A stretch of 64,000 nucleotides of DNA. Origin: Callorhinchus milii (lineage: Eukaryota). The notes beneath the pieces are model-generated. The model was not told the DNA's origin, ran no database searches, and saw only the letters and a list, made by a program, of their open reading frames with translations. Positions 61,599 through 64,000 of this stretch are shown here, piece by piece. The stretch is taken from NCBI RefSeq assembly GCF_018977255.1, contig NW_024704743.1:105650001-105714000 (forward strand). Direction: 5' to 3'. Position numbers and translations under genes: made by a program. How positions within the stretch are numbered: position 1 is the first letter of the stretch; every line of letters begins with the position of its first letter.

Positions 61599-62394
61599 TA
61601 GACGTGAGATATTGTGTTTAGATTTTGCTGTTTTGTTTAAAATTATGAACAAACAATTTATGCAAAACAAAAAATAAACCTTAAATAAAAAATAAACCTT
61701 GCATTTGATAGAGTACCTGTAATTTCAAAATGTCTCAAAGTGTTCCACCGGTTATCACTCTAAAATGTATTTGTAAGTGAATGTGTGCAACTACTTGTGT
61801 GGTTTATTCTAAGATCACAAGAGCGGTTCAGATGAAGATTTGTCTGTTTAATTCATCATTCATCCAAAATTCCAACCTTATCTCTTCCAATTATAACTGT
61901 ATTCTTAAATCAATACAAGTCCTGGCTTCTACCACATTAGTAAGTCATTCTAGCTGTTAACTTCTGTATCAAGAAATATTTCCCAATATCTGCTCTAAAA
62001 TTAGCATTCACGACCCTGTGAATGTCAGTAAATGTAGACTGTAAAGTTCAGTTTGTTTAGGATGATTTATTTGTTTATATCTCAAATGCAATTCTTATCA
62101 AAGGCAGCATTAAATATTGAAGTGAAGGGATTCATATTTATTTAGTTAGCATCGATGATCATATTTATCAATAAAGTACAATTTCTCCAATTTTTTACCG
62201 CATACAGTATATGTATTACTTTGAGCTCGCAGTCTAGGCTAACATTTCAGTTGCAGTGCTGGGATGAATTGTCAGAAATGCCATCCTTTGGATGAGACAT
62301 AAAACCAAGGTCCTGTTTGCCTGTTCAGATGGACCTTAAAGATCCCTGACACTATTTGCAAAGAGGAAGGAATTTCTCTTGATTTATTATGAAA

Positions 62395-62720
62395 CCATTT
62401 GGCACATTGTTTGTGCTGGCAAAGAGCATTCCTTTCAGCCCCATTTACTTGCCTTTTACCCATACCCCTGTAGGTAACTCATTTTTAGATATTTATCCAG
62501 TTCCTTTTTGAAAGCTAATATGATTCTACCTCAACCACTGCTCCCAGCAGATCATTCCATATCCTAACTTCTCTGTGTGTTAAAAAAATCTCTGAACTTC
62601 CCCATTTGCTCATTTTCAGTCTAACTTAAATGGAATCCCTCTAGTCATTGACTCACCAATCAGTGGAAATAATTTCTCCCTATTGACTCTATCAAAACCC
62701 TTCATAATTTGAAAGACCTG
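62395..62720 (-). mobile_element. Degraded CR1 3' fragment within an old SINE
   Basis: TCTATCAAAACCCTTCATAATTT, ATTCCATATCCTAAC and TCCTTTTTGAAAG blocks typical of CR1 ORF2 end. SINE pieces on both sides. Confidence 0.55.
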
Positions 62721-63067
62721 GGCAACAATCCTCCAGATGAAATTGTCATTCATCTTGTGATTGTTTGTGAGACATTACTGTGTGTACATTGTGTTTATTT
62801 ATTTATGTGTTCACCTGCAAAAATATACAGTCACTGAAACCTACAGTAAAATCCTGCGAAGCACTTGGAGACATTCTGACAGTGCGATAAAGCACTATAT
62901 CAAATGCAAATGTTATTATTTACAAATAAAATTATGAAAAATATATAATCAGAGTGTGGGATTGAGGAAATGGTTATCAGTAATACAACAGGATAAATGA
63001 CACCTTGCAGAGGGAAAAGGGCCTCTAGATGTGAGAGGTTCTTCTCCAGTGAACCTCTAATATTTCA

Positions 63068-63365
63068 GCAACAACTTGCATTTATATAGCGCCCTTCATT
63101 GGAGTAGGATGTCGGAGAGCTTAATGATGGTGGAGAGAGGGGGGAGGTGACAGTAGATACGGTCAAAGAAGAAGATCTTCAGATGCGATCTGAATACAGG
63201 CAAGGAGGGGGCAAGGTAGGGGGATTGAGGCAGAGAGTTCCAGAGTTTTGGGGCATAACGGCTGAAAGCACAGCCACCGATGGTGGAGTGGAGGGAATGA
63301 GGGATGTGTAGAAGACTAAACCAGCTGAGCAAAGGGGGCAGGTTGTGAAGTGGGTTGTCTCAGAG
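63068..63365 (-). mobile_element. L2 3' fragment
   Basis: GGCAFSRYAPKLWNSLP...FRSHLK motif and tail. Confidence 0.8.
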
Positions 63366-64000
63366 AAAAAATCTCCAGCTACATTTCTTTTCCTCCTGAC
63401 AAGTACTGTTTTCAACCCCCAAGTCTGGATTGCATGAGATAGAAGCATCAAAAGGGTTATTCACTAGTTTACCAATTTTGACAGGGGAGTGCATCTGATG
63501 TTTTTCCTGGCAGGTAAATTATTTCAGTCATGGGAGTGCGAGCTTCTCACGGGATTGTCATCATATATTCTTGCCAATGTCAGTAAATGTACTAAAAGTG
63601 GAAAAAAAGATGATTGCCCCCCCAAGATCTGTTGATGACAGGAGAATTAGCCCCAAGGAATATAACATGTTTCTAAAGGCTGTGTGTTACAATTTGTGAA
63701 TTACTTTTTGTGTGCTTTACAAATAGCTGTTTAAGTAGCAATTGAAACTGTAAAGGTTATATTCAACATTCATAAAAAGTGACGTATTTGTGTTTCTGCA
63801 AGATGACAAAAATGTAGAAATTGTGTGTCTATAATGATTTCCTAACAAAAACCTGCCTTTTCGTAATTTGTAAATCTTCACTGAACAATTAGAATGATGG
63901 TTCCTGGCGTTGGTTCAAAAATATCACAGATGATTCAGGGGAGTGTCAAAAGATGCCTTTCATTGAGTGAAGTAGCATTTGGAAGTCAATGTGACCTGTG

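Noticed and set aside
1..64000. CRISPR arrays, operons or prokaryotic systems
   Set aside because: The DNA is eukaryotic and repeat-rich; no regularly spaced repeat-spacer structure was seen.

Overview
Vertebrate genomic DNA, most consistent with a cartilaginous fish, possibly a chimaera (inferred from the CR1/L2 LINE and tRNA/Deu-type SINE repertoire; not provable from sequence alone). The window is essentially non-coding: no host protein-coding exon could be recognised, and the long ORFs are LINE ORF2 fragments, SINE read-throughs or microsatellites. Main contents: (1) a CpG-island promoter at ~1.1-1.95 kb with three USF/MiT-TFE-type E-boxes and a short minus-strand first exon of an unidentified gene; (2) dense, nested retroposons (young tRNA-head SINE, older Nin-like and Deu-type SINEs, L2 and CR1 fragments; the SINEs and L2 share one 3' tail); (3) a ~9 kb CpG-rich domain (43.2-52.2 kb) with no visible transposons, giant microsatellite blocks, G-quadruplex tracts and homeodomain/POU/ETS-CRE motifs, resembling a developmental regulatory or lncRNA locus; (4) footprints of template-switching or ectopic repair: a perfect 23-bp hairpin, a ~235-bp segment copied 19.5 kb into another SINE, a fold-back SINE duplication, and a ~254-bp TA-flanked palindrome inside a diverged tandem duplication. 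I found no convincing novel protein-coding system.
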